A stretch of DNA of 64,000 nt from Patescibacteria group bacterium (GCA_041665505.1 JBAYIR010000005.1:225-64224), one strand, 5' to 3'. Numbered from the stretch's first letter, positions 18,370-29,043 are shown. The notes: generated by a model from the sequence alone, not told the origin. Translations and numbers: made by a program.

Positions 18370-20466
18370 ATGGAGCGACACCCTTTAGAAAAAGTAAGAA
18401 ATATTGGAATTATTGCGCATATTGATGCTGGTAAAACTACTGTTACCGAGCGTATTCTTTTTTATACTGGGAAAAAACATAAAATTGGCGAAGTCCATGA
18501 AGGTAAAGCCGAGATGGATTGGATGGAGCAAGAAAAAGAGCGCGGTATTACTATTACCTCAGCCGCTACAACTTGTTTTTGGGATTTACCAGATTGGTTG
18601 GGTGGAGGTAAAGCCAATATTAATATTATTGATACACCAGGTCACGTAGATTTTACTGTCGAAGTAGAAAGATCACTAAGAGTGCTTGATGGTGGCGTGA
18701 TTGTTTTTGATGGAGTAGCTGGTGTAGAACCACAATCAGAAACTGTTTGGAGACAAGCTGATAAATATCATGTGCCAAGATTGGCTTTTATAAATAAGAT
18801 GGATAGAATGGGTGCAGATTTCTATTTTGATATGGATACTATCCACGAGCGCTTGACCAAAAAAGCCTATCCTATGCAATTACCAATTGGTGCCGCTGAA
18901 ACATTTACTGGTATTATCAATGTCTTAGAGCGTGAAGCTTGGTACTATCTTGATGAAGATGGTAAACAATATGAAAAGCGTGAGGTTCCTGATGACATGA
19001 AAGATAAAGTAGAAAAATATCGAGCTGAACTGATTGAAGCAATTGTGGAAAATGATGAAACTTTGATGGAAAAATATCTTGGTGGGCAGGAGCCAGATTT
19101 AGTAGCCATCAAAAAAGTATTAAGACAAGCAGTAATTGATAATAAACTAGTACCAATTTTTTGTGGTAGTGCTTTGAAAAATAAAGGCGTCCAATTTTTA
19201 TTAGACGCAGTAGTATCTTATCTACCATCACCAATTGATGTGCCACCGATTGAAGGTAATGAACCAAGAAATGAAGAAAATATTATCCAAGTCAAGATTG
19301 GTGATAGTGAACCATTTGTTGGTTTGGCTTTTAAAGTAGCTACTGATCCTTATGTTGGCCGATTAACTTTTGTGCGTGTTTATTCAGGTACTTTAAAGGC
19401 TGGTTCTTATGTTTATAATGCTAATACAGAAAAGAAAGAAAGAATTGGTCGAATACTGCGAATGCACGCCAATGCCAGAGAAGAATTAACTGAAATTTTT
19501 AGTGGTGATATTGTGGCCGTAGTTGGTTTAAAAGACACTACCACTGGTCACACTATTTGTGATCCAGCTCGTCCAGTAGTTTTGGAAAGTATGGAATTCC
19601 CAGACCCAGTTATACACGTGGCGGTAGAACCAAAAACCAAGCAAGATCAAGAAAAAATGGGTATGGCTTTGGCCAAATTGACTGAAGAAGATCCTACCTT
19701 TACTGTCAGAAGTGATGAGGAGACAAATCAAACTATTATTGGTGGTATGGGAGAGCTTCACTTAGATATTATCGTTGATCGTATGAAACGTGAGTTTGGT
19801 GTGGAAGCTAATGTCGGTGCTCCTCAGGTAGCTTATAAAGAAACTATTACTGGTAGTGCTGAAGCTGAAGGAAAATATGTCAAGCAATCTGGTGGACGTG
19901 GTCAATATGGTCATTGTTGGTTGCGCTTGGAAGCTCAAGAGCCTGGTAAAGGATTTGAGTTTATAGAACAAATTAAAGGTGGTTCTATTCCTAAAGAGTT
20001 TATTGCGCCGATTGAAAAAGGTGTTAAAGAAACTATGAACAATGGTATTTTGGCTGGTTATCAGATTCAAGATGTCAAAGTGACTGTTTATGATGGATCA
20101 TATCATGATGTTGACTCTTCAGAAGCCGCTTTTAAAGTAGCTGGCTCTATGGCTTTTAAAGCTGCTTTTAGGCTAGCCAATCCAGTAATACTAGAACCAA
20201 TTATGAAAGTAGAAGCAGTTACTCCAGAACAATATATGGGCGATGTGATTGGTGATCTTAATTCCAAGAGAGGACAAATATCAAATATGACTGACAGAGC
20301 TGGGGCTAAGGTAATTAATGCTGAAGTGCCACTAGCTGAAATGTTTGGCTATGCTACTGCTCTTAGATCTATGACTCAAGGTAGAGCTAGTTATTCTATG
20401 GAGTTTGCTAAATATCAAGAAGTGCCTAGAAATGTCGCTGAAGAAATAATGAAAAAAAAGGCTTAA
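18370..20466 (+). CDS. fusA: Elongation factor G
   Basis: [23 protein letters not shown] and QSGGRGQYG. Confidence 0.99.
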   Translation: MERHPLEKVRNIGIIAHIDAGKTTVTERILFYTGKKHKIGEVHEGKAEMDWMEQEKERGITITSAATTCFWDLPDWLGGGKANINIIDTPGHVDFTVEVERSLRVLDGGVIVFDGVAGVEPQSETVWRQADKYHVPRLAFINKMDRMGADFYFDMDTIHERLTKKAYPMQLPIGAAETFTGIINVLEREAWYYLDEDGKQYEKREVPDDMKDKVEKYRAELIEAIVENDETLMEKYLGGQEPDLVAIKKVLRQAVIDNKLVPIFCGSALKNKGVQFLLDAVVSYLPSPIDVPPIEGNEPRNEENIIQVKIGDSEPFVGLAFKVATDPYVGRLTFVRVYSGTLKAGSYVYNANTEKKERIGRILRMHANAREELTEIFSGDIVAVVGLKDTTTGHTICDPARPVVLESMEFPDPVIHVAVEPKTKQDQEKMGMALAKLTEEDPTFTVRSDEETNQTIIGGMGELHLDIIVDRMKREFGVEANVGAPQVAYKETITGSAEAEGKYVKQSGGRGQYGHCWLRLEAQEPGKGFEFIEQIKGGSIPKEFIAPIEKGVKETMNNGILAGYQIQDVKVTVYDGSYHDVDSSEAAFKVAGSMAFKAAFRLANPVILEPIMKVEAVTPEQYMGDVIGDLNSKRGQISNMTDRAGAKVINAEVPLAEMFGYATALRSMTQGRASYSMEFAKYQEVPRNVAEEIMKKKA

Positions 20467-20480
20467 ATTAATATTTATCT

Positions 20481-20513
20481 ATACAGTCGCGTCTGACGCG
20501 GCTGTATTTTTTT
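20481..20513 (+). terminator. fusA terminator
   Basis: ATACAGTCGCG-tctga-CGCGGCTGTAT plus T run; near-identical hairpin after tuf at 23909-23929. Confidence 0.8.
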
Positions 20514-20517
20514 GTTT

Positions 20518-20560
20518 AAAAAAAGAAGTCGCCCGCCACTGCTGCTGCAGGGCGGGCGAC
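20518..20560 (-). terminator. Terminator of GC-rich cassette 4
   Basis: Minus strand GTCGCCCGCC...GGCGGGCGAC-TTCTTTTTTT. Confidence 0.8.
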
Positions 20561-20572
20561 GAAAGCGTCAGC

Positions 20573-20803
20573 CTATGTCGGCTGATGAAGCCTCTTTTCC
20601 AGGCTTCGGACGCGAGAACGCGTGATGCCTTTGGTCTTCAGCTGAGACCAGCTCAGAGCACGGTTCTTCAGCGCTCTTTTGATCATCATGATCATGGTAA
20701 AGAGTGTCAGTTCCGTAGGATCTTCATCCTCGAAGATCAACTGAGCCTTAGTGAGGAGCTCCTCGCTGGTCATATTAAAGTCCAGGTTCACAGCTTCGGA
20801 CAT
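20573..20803 (-). CDS. Small hypothetical protein, GC-rich cassette 4
   Basis: AAAAGGAG before the start; own promoter and terminator; high GC3; acidic N-half and basic C-half. Confidence 0.7.
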   Translation of the reverse strand: MSEAVNLDFNMTSEELLTKAQLIFEDEDPTELTLFTMIMMIKRALKNRALSWSQLKTKGITRSRVRSLEKRLHQPT

Positions 20804-20858
20804 CAACTACTCCTTTTCGACTGTTACATCCTTGTGCAGGGGTGAACGAGGCAACATA

Positions 20859-20885
20859 ATAACATATATTTTAAGTTTAGTCAAT
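20859..20885 (-). repeat. 27-bp exact repeat, copy 1 (promoter TTGACT-N17-TATTAT)
   Basis: ATAACATATATTTTAAGTTTAGTCAAT is identical at 21594-21620. Confidence 0.9.
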
Positions 20886-20913
20886 CCAGCTCTTAGTAAG
20901 GAGCTAGATTAAT

Positions 20914-20946
20914 ATTCAAAGGGGGCGCTTCTGGCGAAGCGCCCCC
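20914..20946 (-). terminator. Terminator of GC-rich cassette 5
   Basis: GGGGGCGCTTC..GAAGCGCCCCC hairpin with a short T tract on the minus strand. Confidence 0.7.
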
Positions 20947-20971
20947 TCGGTGTCGGCTGACCGATGTCGGA

Positions 20972-21418
20972 TCAGACGAAGAAGTGTATGATCTTGATGT
21001 CCAGACCGTGATGATAATAGTATTCGCCGTTCATGTCGATGCCGACAACCGAGCCATCGGCAATCTTGTCGGGCAGATCCAACTGCATGGTCTTCATCAG
21101 GATTTCATGAGCCAGTTCGCTATGGATGCTGAACATCTTGATCTTCTGGAGAATCTCGAGATGACGATCGTACTCGCTCTGGCAGGTGCCAGCACAGTGG
21201 CCACGGCACTGCTCCGGCGGACAGAGCTCCTGGTGTTCGCGTTCCAGCTCCTTGAGGTCCTGCACGATTCCGTAGAACAAGCCCCATGCTCGTTTGACGT
21301 CTTTACTCGCTTTGATGCCGAGCAGCCGTCGTGGGTCGAGGATCTCCATCTTGGGCCAAGTGACCTTATCCAGATCGATCCCTTGGGCTCGATCGTTGAG
21401 TTCGCTGAGCAGGTTCAT
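20972..21418 (-). CDS. Hypothetical protein with Cys/His cluster in a helical hairpin, GC-rich cassette 5
   Basis: AGGAGG SD before the ATG; CPPEQCRGHCAGTC; high GC3. Confidence 0.75.
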   Translation of the reverse strand: MNLLSELNDRAQGIDLDKVTWPKMEILDPRRLLGIKASKDVKRAWGLFYGIVQDLKELEREHQELCPPEQCRGHCAGTCQSEYDRHLEILQKIKMFSIHSELAHEILMKTMQLDLPDKIADGSVVGIDMNGEYYYHHGLDIKIIHFFV

Positions 21419-21593
21419 CTTACTCCTCCTGGATTCCCTTGCTAGGGAATGAAATAACGGTGTAACACAAATACCACATTAGTTAGTACACCGTTAGGCT
21501 AACTAATGTTTTTCAAAACACAGAATTAAAGAATATTATTATTCTTCAAGTCTATATTTTAAAATTTATAAACAACATTTCAGATTTATGTTT

Positions 21594-21620
21594 ATAACAT
21601 ATATTTTAAGTTTAGTCAAT
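21594..21620 (-). repeat. 27-bp exact repeat, copy 2 (promoter TTGACT-N17-TATAAA)
   Basis: Identical to 20859-20885. Confidence 0.9.
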
Positions 21621-21646
21621 TCAGTTGCGTCTGACCTGATTGGCCT

Positions 21647-21996
21647 AAAAATAAAACTCCAGATAAAAATCTGAAGTTTTATTTTATATCCCTCCTAAAT
21701 TTATCACTAGTTGCTAAACTTGGGAGGGGGCCGGTCTTTGTCAGACATTGATCGGCCTTGTGTGTGGGGTATGTGGGCAGATGTAGGCGGAGTAGCGGAG
21801 TTGATGGATAAACCCTTTTTTCCAAGGCATAAATCTGGAGCAGAGCTACCTAGCTTTTGGCCGTAGCCAGCTGAGGTCAGATAAATATACTGAAATTATT
21901 GAGTATAGACCCAATAGAATCTAGCTTTTTATCTGTTCTCTTTACTCCAAATTTATACCTTGGAAGGATGGATATTTAAAGAACTTTTTATGTTAA
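21647..21996 (-). ncRNA. Unassigned structured RNA, about 350 nt
   Basis: TTGACA-N17-TATACT promoter at 22031-22003; 21-bp helix whose mismatches are G-U on the minus strand; further hairpins; terminator at 21647-21685; no long ORF. Confidence 0.6.
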
Positions 21997-22137
21997 TGTG
22001 GTAGTATAGCATATATTTATATTTTTGTCAAGCATATAAGCTCTGCTATTTGATGTTTTGATATAGCAATTTTCTTGACAAAAGACCTGTTTTTGCTATA
22101 AGATATGGGGACTTAAGTAGCTTTTAATCATAAAAAT

Positions 22138-22512
22138 ATGTCAAATTATAAGCAAATGGACAAAGTTTTAGATTTAGCAGCTAAAACTGGCGATAAAGTG
22201 ATAGTTTTATCTGATCATCATGATCCTTATGTGATAATGACTGTTAAAGAATATGAAGCTTTATTACATGGTCCATCTTCAGTCAAGGATTTATCAGAAG
22301 ATGAATTGCTTAGTAAAATCAACCGTGATATAGCAGTTTGGAAAGCTTCTAAAGACGATTTAGATGATTATAGTTTAGATGATTTCAAGGTAGATACTTT
22401 ACGTAAAGATTTAAAAAACGTAGAAAAGCCTAGGGAAGATGCAGACAAAATTACTGTTGATAAGTCTATAGTGCCAGAAGAAGATAGATACTATATTGAG
22501 CCTGTAGATTAA
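22138..22512 (+). CDS. Hypothetical protein with Phd/YefM-like N-terminus and acidic tail
   Basis: KVIVL..DPYVIMTVKEYEALL; TTGACA...TGCTATAA promoter upstream. Confidence 0.7.
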   Translation: MSNYKQMDKVLDLAAKTGDKVIVLSDHHDPYVIMTVKEYEALLHGPSSVKDLSEDELLSKINRDIAVWKASKDDLDDYSLDDFKVDTLRKDLKNVEKPREDADKITVDKSIVPEEDRYYIEPVD

Positions 22513-22709
22513 AATTTTAGCTAATTTTAGCTAAAAGAGCTTAAAAAAGGATTTGGCACTCTTAGAGGCTTGCCAAAAGTCAAAAACAGTGCTATAATCT
22601 TTGTGTTTTAAAAACACACAAAATTAATAAATAATAATTAATATTTTAAGATAGCTGGATCACAAACCCCTGAATTTTGAGGGGGGCTATCACAAGGAGA
22701 AAAAATCAA

Positions 22710-23897
22710 ATGGCAGATATTTTCAAACGTGAAAAGCCACACGTTAATGTGGGCACTATTGGTCACGTCGACCACGGTAAAACTACTTTGACAGCGGCTA
22801 TTTTAAAAGTTTTAAATGCTTCAGGTGGAATAGCTCAACAAAAGGATGTTGATCAAATTGACAATGCACCAGAAGAGAGAGAGCGTGGTATTACTATTGC
22901 TACAGCTCATGTTGAGTATGAATCAACAGCTAGACACTATGCACACGTTGACTGTCCAGGTCATGCTGACTATGTCAAAAACATGATTACTGGTGCAGCT
23001 CAAATGGATGGTGCAATACTAGTAGTATCAGCTGCTGATGGTCCAATGCCTCAAACTAGAGAACATATTCTATTAGCTCGCCAAGTTGGTGTGCCTTATA
23101 TAGTAGTTTTTCTAAATAAGATGGACCAAGTAGATGATCCAGAATTGGTAGATTTAGTAGAAGAAGAAATTAGAGATTTATTGAAGAAATATGAATTTCC
23201 TGGTGATACCACTCCAATTATTCGTGGTAGTGCTATCAAAGCTTTGGAAAATCCAAGTGGTGAGGATGCTAAACCTATTTTAGATTTAGTAAAAGCTTTG
23301 GATGATTATATTCCAGAACCAAAACGTGATACAGATAAACCATTTTTGATGCCAATTGAAGATATTTTTTCAATTGAAGGTCGTGGTACTGTAGTCACTG
23401 GTCGTATTGATAGAGGTATTATAAAATTGAATGAAGAAGTAGAATTGGTTGGTATCAATGACACCAGTAAGACTGTAGTCACTGGTATTGAGATGTTTAA
23501 CAAACAACTAGAAGAAGGTAGAGCTGGTGATAATGCTGGTTTACTTCTTCGTGGTACCAAGAAAGAAGATGTTGAACGTGGTCAAGTATTGGCCAAACCT
23601 GGTTCTATTACTCCTCATACAGAATTTGAAGCTGAAACTTATATCTTAAGTAAAGAAGAAGGTGGTCGTCATACCCCATTTTTCAAAGGATATAAACCAC
23701 AGTTTTATATTCGTACTACTGATGTTACTGGTGAAGTAGAACTTTCAGAAGGTGCAGAAATGGTTATGCCTGGTGATACAGTTAATTTGAAGATCAAATT
23801 AATATCCCCAGTAGCGCTTGAAGAAAAATCAAGATTTGCTATTCGTGAAGGTGGCCGTACTGTTGGTGCTGGTGTAGTAACCAAAATTATAAAGTAA
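22710..23897 (+). CDS. tuf: Elongation factor Tu
   Basis: [17 protein letters not shown] and [10 protein letters not shown]; AAGGAG before the ATG at 22710. Confidence 0.99.
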   Translation: MADIFKREKPHVNVGTIGHVDHGKTTLTAAILKVLNASGGIAQQKDVDQIDNAPEERERGITIATAHVEYESTARHYAHVDCPGHADYVKNMITGAAQMDGAILVVSAADGPMPQTREHILLARQVGVPYIVVFLNKMDQVDDPELVDLVEEEIRDLLKKYEFPGDTTPIIRGSAIKALENPSGEDAKPILDLVKALDDYIPEPKRDTDKPFLMPIEDIFSIEGRGTVVTGRIDRGIIKLNEEVELVGINDTSKTVVTGIEMFNKQLEEGRAGDNAGLLLRGTKKEDVERGQVLAKPGSITPHTEFEAETYILSKEEGGRHTPFFKGYKPQFYIRTTDVTGEVELSEGAEMVMPGDTVNLKIKLISPVALEEKSRFAIREGGRTVGAGVVTKIIK

Positions 23898-23979
23898 AAT
23901 TATTTACCCAGCCGCGTCTAACGCGGCTGGGCCTAGTAGTTTAAATAATCAATAAGTAAATTAACAATCAAAAAATTTC

Positions 23980-24309
23980 ATGCCAGTCAAAGCTAAAGAA
24001 GATACTCAGTCAAGAATTCGTATCAAGATCAGAGCTTATGATCATAAAATCATTGATCAGTCTACCAAGACTATCATTGAGACTGTTGATCGTAGTGGAG
24101 CAAAGATCGTTGGACCAATTCCACTGCCTACAGAAAAAAAGAAATTCACAGTGCTTCGCTCAACTTTTGTGCACAAAGATGCTCGTGATCAGTATGAAAT
24201 GAGAGTTCATAAAAGACTCTTGGATATTATCGACCCTACTCCACAAACCATTGATGCTTTACAAAGCCTCAATTTACCAGCTGGCGTTGATTTGGAAATT
24301 AAAATGTAA
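23980..24309 (+). CDS. rpsJ: 30S ribosomal protein S10
   Basis: [16 protein letters not shown] and LPAGVD. Confidence 0.98.
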   Translation: MPVKAKEDTQSRIRIKIRAYDHKIIDQSTKTIIETVDRSGAKIVGPIPLPTEKKKFTVLRSTFVHKDARDQYEMRVHKRLLDIIDPTPQTIDALQSLNLPAGVDLEIKM

Positions 24310-24625
24310 ACCTTTGACTCAAATGGTCTTAGGTAAAAATTAAAAATACTTTGCTTGTTTATATAACCCTTTATTAGAAGATGATAATAGGAAGTGTGTA
24401 GGGAGGCAAAGCGTTTAAGAAGGATAAAAATCGTAAAAATTTTTAAAAAATATTGTCGAAAGAAATTAGCCAATTAGGTTAATAGTCGCGATTTTATCCT
24501 GAAAAGTATTTTAGTAAGTATTTTTAAAGATAAAATCGCGATTTTTTTACCCACATAATTAACATAGTCAGGGTAATCCCGCCGTAGCAATAGTGCCGAT
24601 GCGGGGTATAAAGATTAAGAAAAAT

Positions 24626-25426
24626 ATGGCCAAGTTTATTTTAGGAAGAAAATTGAATATGACCCAGAAGTTCCAAGCGGATGGTCGTGTAGTTCCAGTC
24701 ACAGTGGTGGAAGCTGGTCCTTGCACAGTGGTGCAAGTGAAAAGCAAAGATAAAGATTCTTACAACGCTGTACAAGTGGGCTTTGCTACCAAAAAAGTGG
24801 TCAATAAACCAATGGCAGGTCATCTAAAAAATTTAGACAATTTTAGATACTTGAAAGAGTTTAGATTGGATAATGTTGAAAATTTTGCTAGAGCTAAAGT
24901 TTTTGATGTTAGTAGTTTCTCAGCTGGTGATAATTTGAAAATCACAGCTACTTCAAAAGGTAAGGGATTCCAAGGTGTAGTAAGAAGACATGGTTTTCAT
25001 GGTTCTCCAGCTACTCATGGTCATAAAGACCAACATAGAATGCCTGGTTCTATTGGAGCTACTGACTCAGCTCGTGTGTTTAAAGGCACTCGTATGGGTG
25101 GACGCATGGGTACAGATACAGTGACTGTCAAAAATCTTGAATTGATTGAAGTTGATGTAGAAAAAAATCTACTTTATATCAAAGGAGCAGTACCTGGATC
25201 TAGAAATGCTTTGGTAACTATTTGGGCTGATGGCGAAATTACTTTTGTAGAAAAAGCTTCTGCTAAAACTTCAGTTGAAAAGACAGAAGAAAAAATAGAA
25301 GATAAAAAAGAAGAGGTAAAAGTAGAAAAGGAAGAAAATGTTGAAACTCCAACTGTAGAAGAAAAATCTGAAAAAGAATCCAAGACCGAAATAGAAGAGG
25401 AAGTTAAGAAAGAAGAAAAAAAATAA
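24626..25426 (+). CDS. rplC: 50S ribosomal protein L3 with Glu/Lys-rich C-terminal tail
   Basis: KGKGFQGVVRRH and PGSIG; position in the S10 cluster. Confidence 0.98.
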   Translation: MAKFILGRKLNMTQKFQADGRVVPVTVVEAGPCTVVQVKSKDKDSYNAVQVGFATKKVVNKPMAGHLKNLDNFRYLKEFRLDNVENFARAKVFDVSSFSAGDNLKITATSKGKGFQGVVRRHGFHGSPATHGHKDQHRMPGSIGATDSARVFKGTRMGGRMGTDTVTVKNLELIEVDVEKNLLYIKGAVPGSRNALVTIWADGEITFVEKASAKTSVEKTEEKIEDKKEEVKVEKEENVETPTVEEKSEKESKTEIEEEVKKEEKK

Positions 25427-25430
25427 TTAT

Positions 25431-26066
25431 ATGGCAGATATTAAAGTAAAATTATATGATTTCCAAGGTAAGGAGACCGGAGAAGAAATTCTTGATGGAG
25501 CGCTTTTTGGTGTAGTTCCTGATCCAGAACTTATCTATGAAATGGTTACAGCTCAGCAAAAAAATTCTAGAGATGTCTTGGCTCATACCAAAGGAAGAGC
25601 AGAAGTCCGTGGTGGTGGTAAGAAACCATGGAAGCAAAAAGGAACTGGTCGTGCTCGTCATGGCTCTATCCGTTCTCCATTGTGGATTGGTGGAGGTATA
25701 ACTTTTGGTCCAACTAAGGAAAGAAATTTTTCTGTCAAAGTAAATAAAAAAGTTAAACAAAAAGCTTTAGCTATGGTTTTGTCTGATAAAGTAGCTAATA
25801 ATAAATTAATTTTGTTAGAAGCATATAATCTTCCAGAAGCTAAGACCAAAGTTTTACAAACTGCTTTTTCAAATTTACCAAACAAAAATAAATCAACTTT
25901 AGTAGTTACTAAAAATGCTAAGGAGAATATCGTTATAGCTTCAAAAAATTTACCAAAAGTAGAGACAATTAATTTTGGTAGTTTAAATATCGTTGATTTG
26001 ATGAAGAAAGAATATTTAGTGATTAATAAAGAATTACTTAAAAAAGTAAGCGAACATTATTTATAA
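25431..26066 (+). CDS. rplD: 50S ribosomal protein L4
   Basis: GGGKKPWKQKGTGRARHGS. Confidence 0.98.
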   Translation: MADIKVKLYDFQGKETGEEILDGALFGVVPDPELIYEMVTAQQKNSRDVLAHTKGRAEVRGGGKKPWKQKGTGRARHGSIRSPLWIGGGITFGPTKERNFSVKVNKKVKQKALAMVLSDKVANNKLILLEAYNLPEAKTKVLQTAFSNLPNKNKSTLVVTKNAKENIVIASKNLPKVETINFGSLNIVDLMKKEYLVINKELLKKVSEHYL

Positions 26067-26070
26067 ATAT

Positions 26071-26544
26071 ATGGGTTTGTTCAATAAAAAAACCGAAAAC
26101 GACAAAAAAGCCACAGTTGATTCAGCTGGCGCTAAAGTTAAAGCTAGTCAGAAAAAATCTGAAGACCAGAAGTCAGCTAAAATCAAAACAACTGTTGTCA
26201 AAAAAACTACAAGCTCTGAACTTAGTCGAAAAGATGCTAAAAATTCTAATAAAAAAGCTAATCAAGCTTATAGATTTTTACGCCGACCAATTATTTCAGA
26301 GAAAGCCACTGTCGGAGCTGCTGACGGTAAATATATTTTTGAAGTATCAATTGATGCTAATAAAGTAGCTATCAAAAAAGCTATCCAAGAAGTATATGGT
26401 GTGTTGCCAATTGATGTGAATATCATGAATAAAAGCGGAAAAAACATTAGTTCTGGCAGAAGACATGGTCGTACAAAAAATATTAAAAAAGCTGTTGTTA
26501 CACTGAAGAAGGGTGATAGCATCAAATTATACGAAGGTATTTAA
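26071..26544 (+). CDS. rplW: 50S ribosomal protein L23 with N-terminal extension
   Basis: RPIISEKA and KKAVVTL; synteny. Confidence 0.95.
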   Translation: MGLFNKKTENDKKATVDSAGAKVKASQKKSEDQKSAKIKTTVVKKTTSSELSRKDAKNSNKKANQAYRFLRRPIISEKATVGAADGKYIFEVSIDANKVAIKKAIQEVYGVLPIDVNIMNKSGKNISSGRRHGRTKNIKKAVVTLKKGDSIKLYEGI

Positions 26545-26553
26545 TAGATATAT

Positions 26554-27402
26554 ATGCCAATTAAAGTTTACAAACCAACTACACCAGCTCGTCGTCAGAC
26601 TAGTGTTTTAGTTGATAAAGATTTATCCAAAAAACGTCCCCAAAAATCTTTAACTAAAATTAGAAAGCAAAAAGCTGGTAGAAACAACCAAGGCCGTATT
26701 TCAGTCAGACACAAGGGTGGCGGAGCTAAAAGAAAAATTAGAATCATTGATTTGAAAAGATTCAAATTTGATATGATAGCCAAAGTAGAGGCCCTTGAAT
26801 ATGACCCAAATAGAAATACTAATATTGCTTTAGTTGTTTATATTGATGGTTCTAGAAGTTATATTTTGGCTCCCGATGGTATGAAAGTCGGTGACAAAGT
26901 AGTTTCCTCTGAACAAAAAATTGATATCAAACTTGGCAATCGTTTGTTATTAAAAAATATACCAACTGGTACTATTGTCTATAATGTAGAATTGACTCCA
27001 GGTAAAGGTGGCCAGATGGCTCGCAGTGCTGGAAATGGTTTGACACTGATGGCTATCTACGATGGTAAAGCTCAGTTAAAGATGCCAAGTGGTGAGATCA
27101 GAACAGTTCCAGAAAAATGTATGGCTTCTATTGGAGCCCCAAGCAATCCAGAACATAGAAATATCCGTTATGGAAAAGCTGGTCGCAAACGTCATATGGG
27201 TATTAGACCAACTGTGCGTGGTAAAGTAATGAATCCAGTTGATCATCCTCATGGTGGTGGTGAAGGTCACAACCCAATTGGTTTGAAGCATCCAAAAACT
27301 TATAAAGGTAAACCAGCTTATGGTGTGAAGACCAGAAAGAAAAACAAAGCTTCAAATAAGATGATTGTTAAACGTCGTGAGTCTAAAACTGGTAGAGATT
27401 AA
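26554..27402 (+). CDS. rplB: 50S ribosomal protein L2
   Basis: EYDPNR and [13 protein letters not shown]. Confidence 0.99.
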   Translation: MPIKVYKPTTPARRQTSVLVDKDLSKKRPQKSLTKIRKQKAGRNNQGRISVRHKGGGAKRKIRIIDLKRFKFDMIAKVEALEYDPNRNTNIALVVYIDGSRSYILAPDGMKVGDKVVSSEQKIDIKLGNRLLLKNIPTGTIVYNVELTPGKGGQMARSAGNGLTLMAIYDGKAQLKMPSGEIRTVPEKCMASIGAPSNPEHRNIRYGKAGRKRHMGIRPTVRGKVMNPVDHPHGGGEGHNPIGLKHPKTYKGKPAYGVKTRKKNKASNKMIVKRRESKTGRD

Positions 27403-27421
27403 TTAATAAATATCATAAACT

Positions 27422-27703
27422 ATGTCAAGAAGTTTAAAAAAAGGTCCATTTACTGAGCCGAAATTACTAAAAAAGATTGCAGGAATTACTCCAGAGAAAG
27501 CACAAGTAATCAAGACTTGGTCACGAGCATCTGTTATCACACCAGAGATGGTTGGATTTACTTTTGGAGTGCATAATGGCCGGACTCATTTGAATGTTCA
27601 TGTTATAGAAAACATGGTTGGACATCGTCTAGGGGAATTTTCTCCGACTAGAAAATTTGTCAATCATGGTGGTAAAATGGCCAAAAGTCAATCTAAAAGC
27701 TAA
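27422..27703 (+). CDS. rpsS: 30S ribosomal protein S19
   Basis: RSLKKGPF and [11 protein letters not shown]. Confidence 0.99.
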   Translation: MSRSLKKGPFTEPKLLKKIAGITPEKAQVIKTWSRASVITPEMVGFTFGVHNGRTHLNVHVIENMVGHRLGEFSPTRKFVNHGGKMAKSQSKS

Positions 27704-27725
27704 CTAATTTAGGTAAATATTCAAT

Positions 27726-28247
27726 ATGGTTGAATCAAAAGCAAAACTGAATCATCTTCGCATATCATCCAAAAAAATTCGTTTGGTAGCTGATACTATC
27801 CGCGGATTAGATGTGGTTGATGCTTTGGCAAAACTACCAGTTATTTTCAAAAAATCTACTCCAGTTATTGAAAAACTTCTAAGATCAGCTGTAGCTAATG
27901 CTACTTCTAAATATAATGTCAAAGAGGAAGATTTGAAAATAAAAAGTATTGTAGTCAATAAGGCAATGGATTTAAAACGTTGGAAACCAGCTGCTTTTGG
28001 TCGTGCTCATCCATTTAGAAAAGCTTCTTCTCATATAGAAATTGTTTTGGTAACCAAAGAAGGAGTAAAAGTTACTAGTAAAGAAAAAGTAAAAGAAGAA
28101 ATTGAGACTGTTGATTTGACTAAAACAGATCAGAAACCAATTTCAAAAAATGCTGATAAAAAGCTTGGTAGTAGCTCAGTTAAAAAATCAGTTAAAGAAT
28201 CTACTGCTGGCGCCGCTAAAGATAAATCCAAAGTAAAAAAAGGTTAA
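27726..28247 (+). CDS. rplV: 50S ribosomal protein L22 with C-terminal extension
   Basis: KIRLVADTIRG and LLRSAVANA. Confidence 0.97.
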   Translation: MVESKAKLNHLRISSKKIRLVADTIRGLDVVDALAKLPVIFKKSTPVIEKLLRSAVANATSKYNVKEEDLKIKSIVVNKAMDLKRWKPAAFGRAHPFRKASSHIEIVLVTKEGVKVTSKEKVKEEIETVDLTKTDQKPISKNADKKLGSSSVKKSVKESTAGAAKDKSKVKKG

Positions 28248-28251
28248 TTAT

Positions 28252-29043
28252 ATGGGAAAAAAGGTAAATCCAATAGTATTTAGATTAGGGCTAAGTGAGA
28301 AATGGAGATCTCGCTGGTATTCTGGTCGTGATTTTGCTAAATTTTTACAGCAAGACGTTTCTTTAAGAAGAAGCCTGAGACTAGAATTAAGAGATGCTGG
28401 TATTGATAGAATTGATATTGAGAGAAGCCGTGGTGAAGTAGTAGTTAATATTTTAGCCGCTAAACCCGGTGTTATTATTGGTCGTGGCGGTAGTGGGATT
28501 GAAGATTTAAAGAAAAAAATTCAAAGTAAATTTTTGGATAAAGATACTAAATTGAATATAAATATCAAAGAGGTGGCTATTCCAAATTTATCAGCCAGTG
28601 TGATTGTGGAAGCTATTAGAGTAGATATAGAAAAGCGTATTCCTTTTCGTCGTATCATGAAACAAAATATTGATAAGATGATGAAAGCTGGTGCCAAAGG
28701 AGCAAAAATAATGGTAGCTGGTAGATTAAATGGTGTAGATATTGCTCGTAGTGAAAAAATAGTAGAAGGCAAAATTCCACTTCAGACTCTAAGATCAGAT
28801 ATTGATTATAGTAGAGGAGTAGCCAATACTATTTATGGTGTTATTGGTATCAAAGTTTGGGTTTATAAGGGAGAATATTTTGACAAAAAAGAAAGTAAAG
28901 AAGCCAAAAAACCAGTACCTGTCAAAAGCGCCAAATTATTTTCTGGAGATGATATGAAAAAAGCTCCTGTAGAAAAACCAGGTACTAGACCAACAGCTCG
29001 TCCTTTTGAAAGAGGAGCGGTCGGCGGAAAATTTAAGAAATAA
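28252..29043 (+). CDS. rpsC: 30S ribosomal protein S3
   Basis: GKKVNP, KPGVIIGRGG and YGVIGIKVW. Confidence 0.98.
   Translation: MGKKVNPIVFRLGLSEKWRSRWYSGRDFAKFLQQDVSLRRSLRLELRDAGIDRIDIERSRGEVVVNILAAKPGVIIGRGGSGIEDLKKKIQSKFLDKDTKLNINIKEVAIPNLSASVIVEAIRVDIEKRIPFRRIMKQNIDKMMKAGAKGAKIMVAGRLNGVDIARSEKIVEGKIPLQTLRSDIDYSRGVANTIYGVIGIKVWVYKGEYFDKKESKEAKKPVPVKSAKLFSGDDMKKAPVEKPGTRPTARPFERGAVGGKFKK

Noticed and set aside
20520-21620. Integron cassette array, CRISPR or IS/prophage explanation for the islands
   Set aside because: There are no attC-like GTTRRRY/RYYYAAC pairs at boundaries, only two copies of the 27-bp repeat at 735-bp spacing, and no cas, integrase, transposase or reverse transcriptase gene in the window.
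22553-22580. CIRCE-like TTGGCACTC upstream of tuf
   Set aside because: The second half-site is not at N9 spacing; the palindrome overlaps the -35 (TTGCCA) of the tuf promoter.
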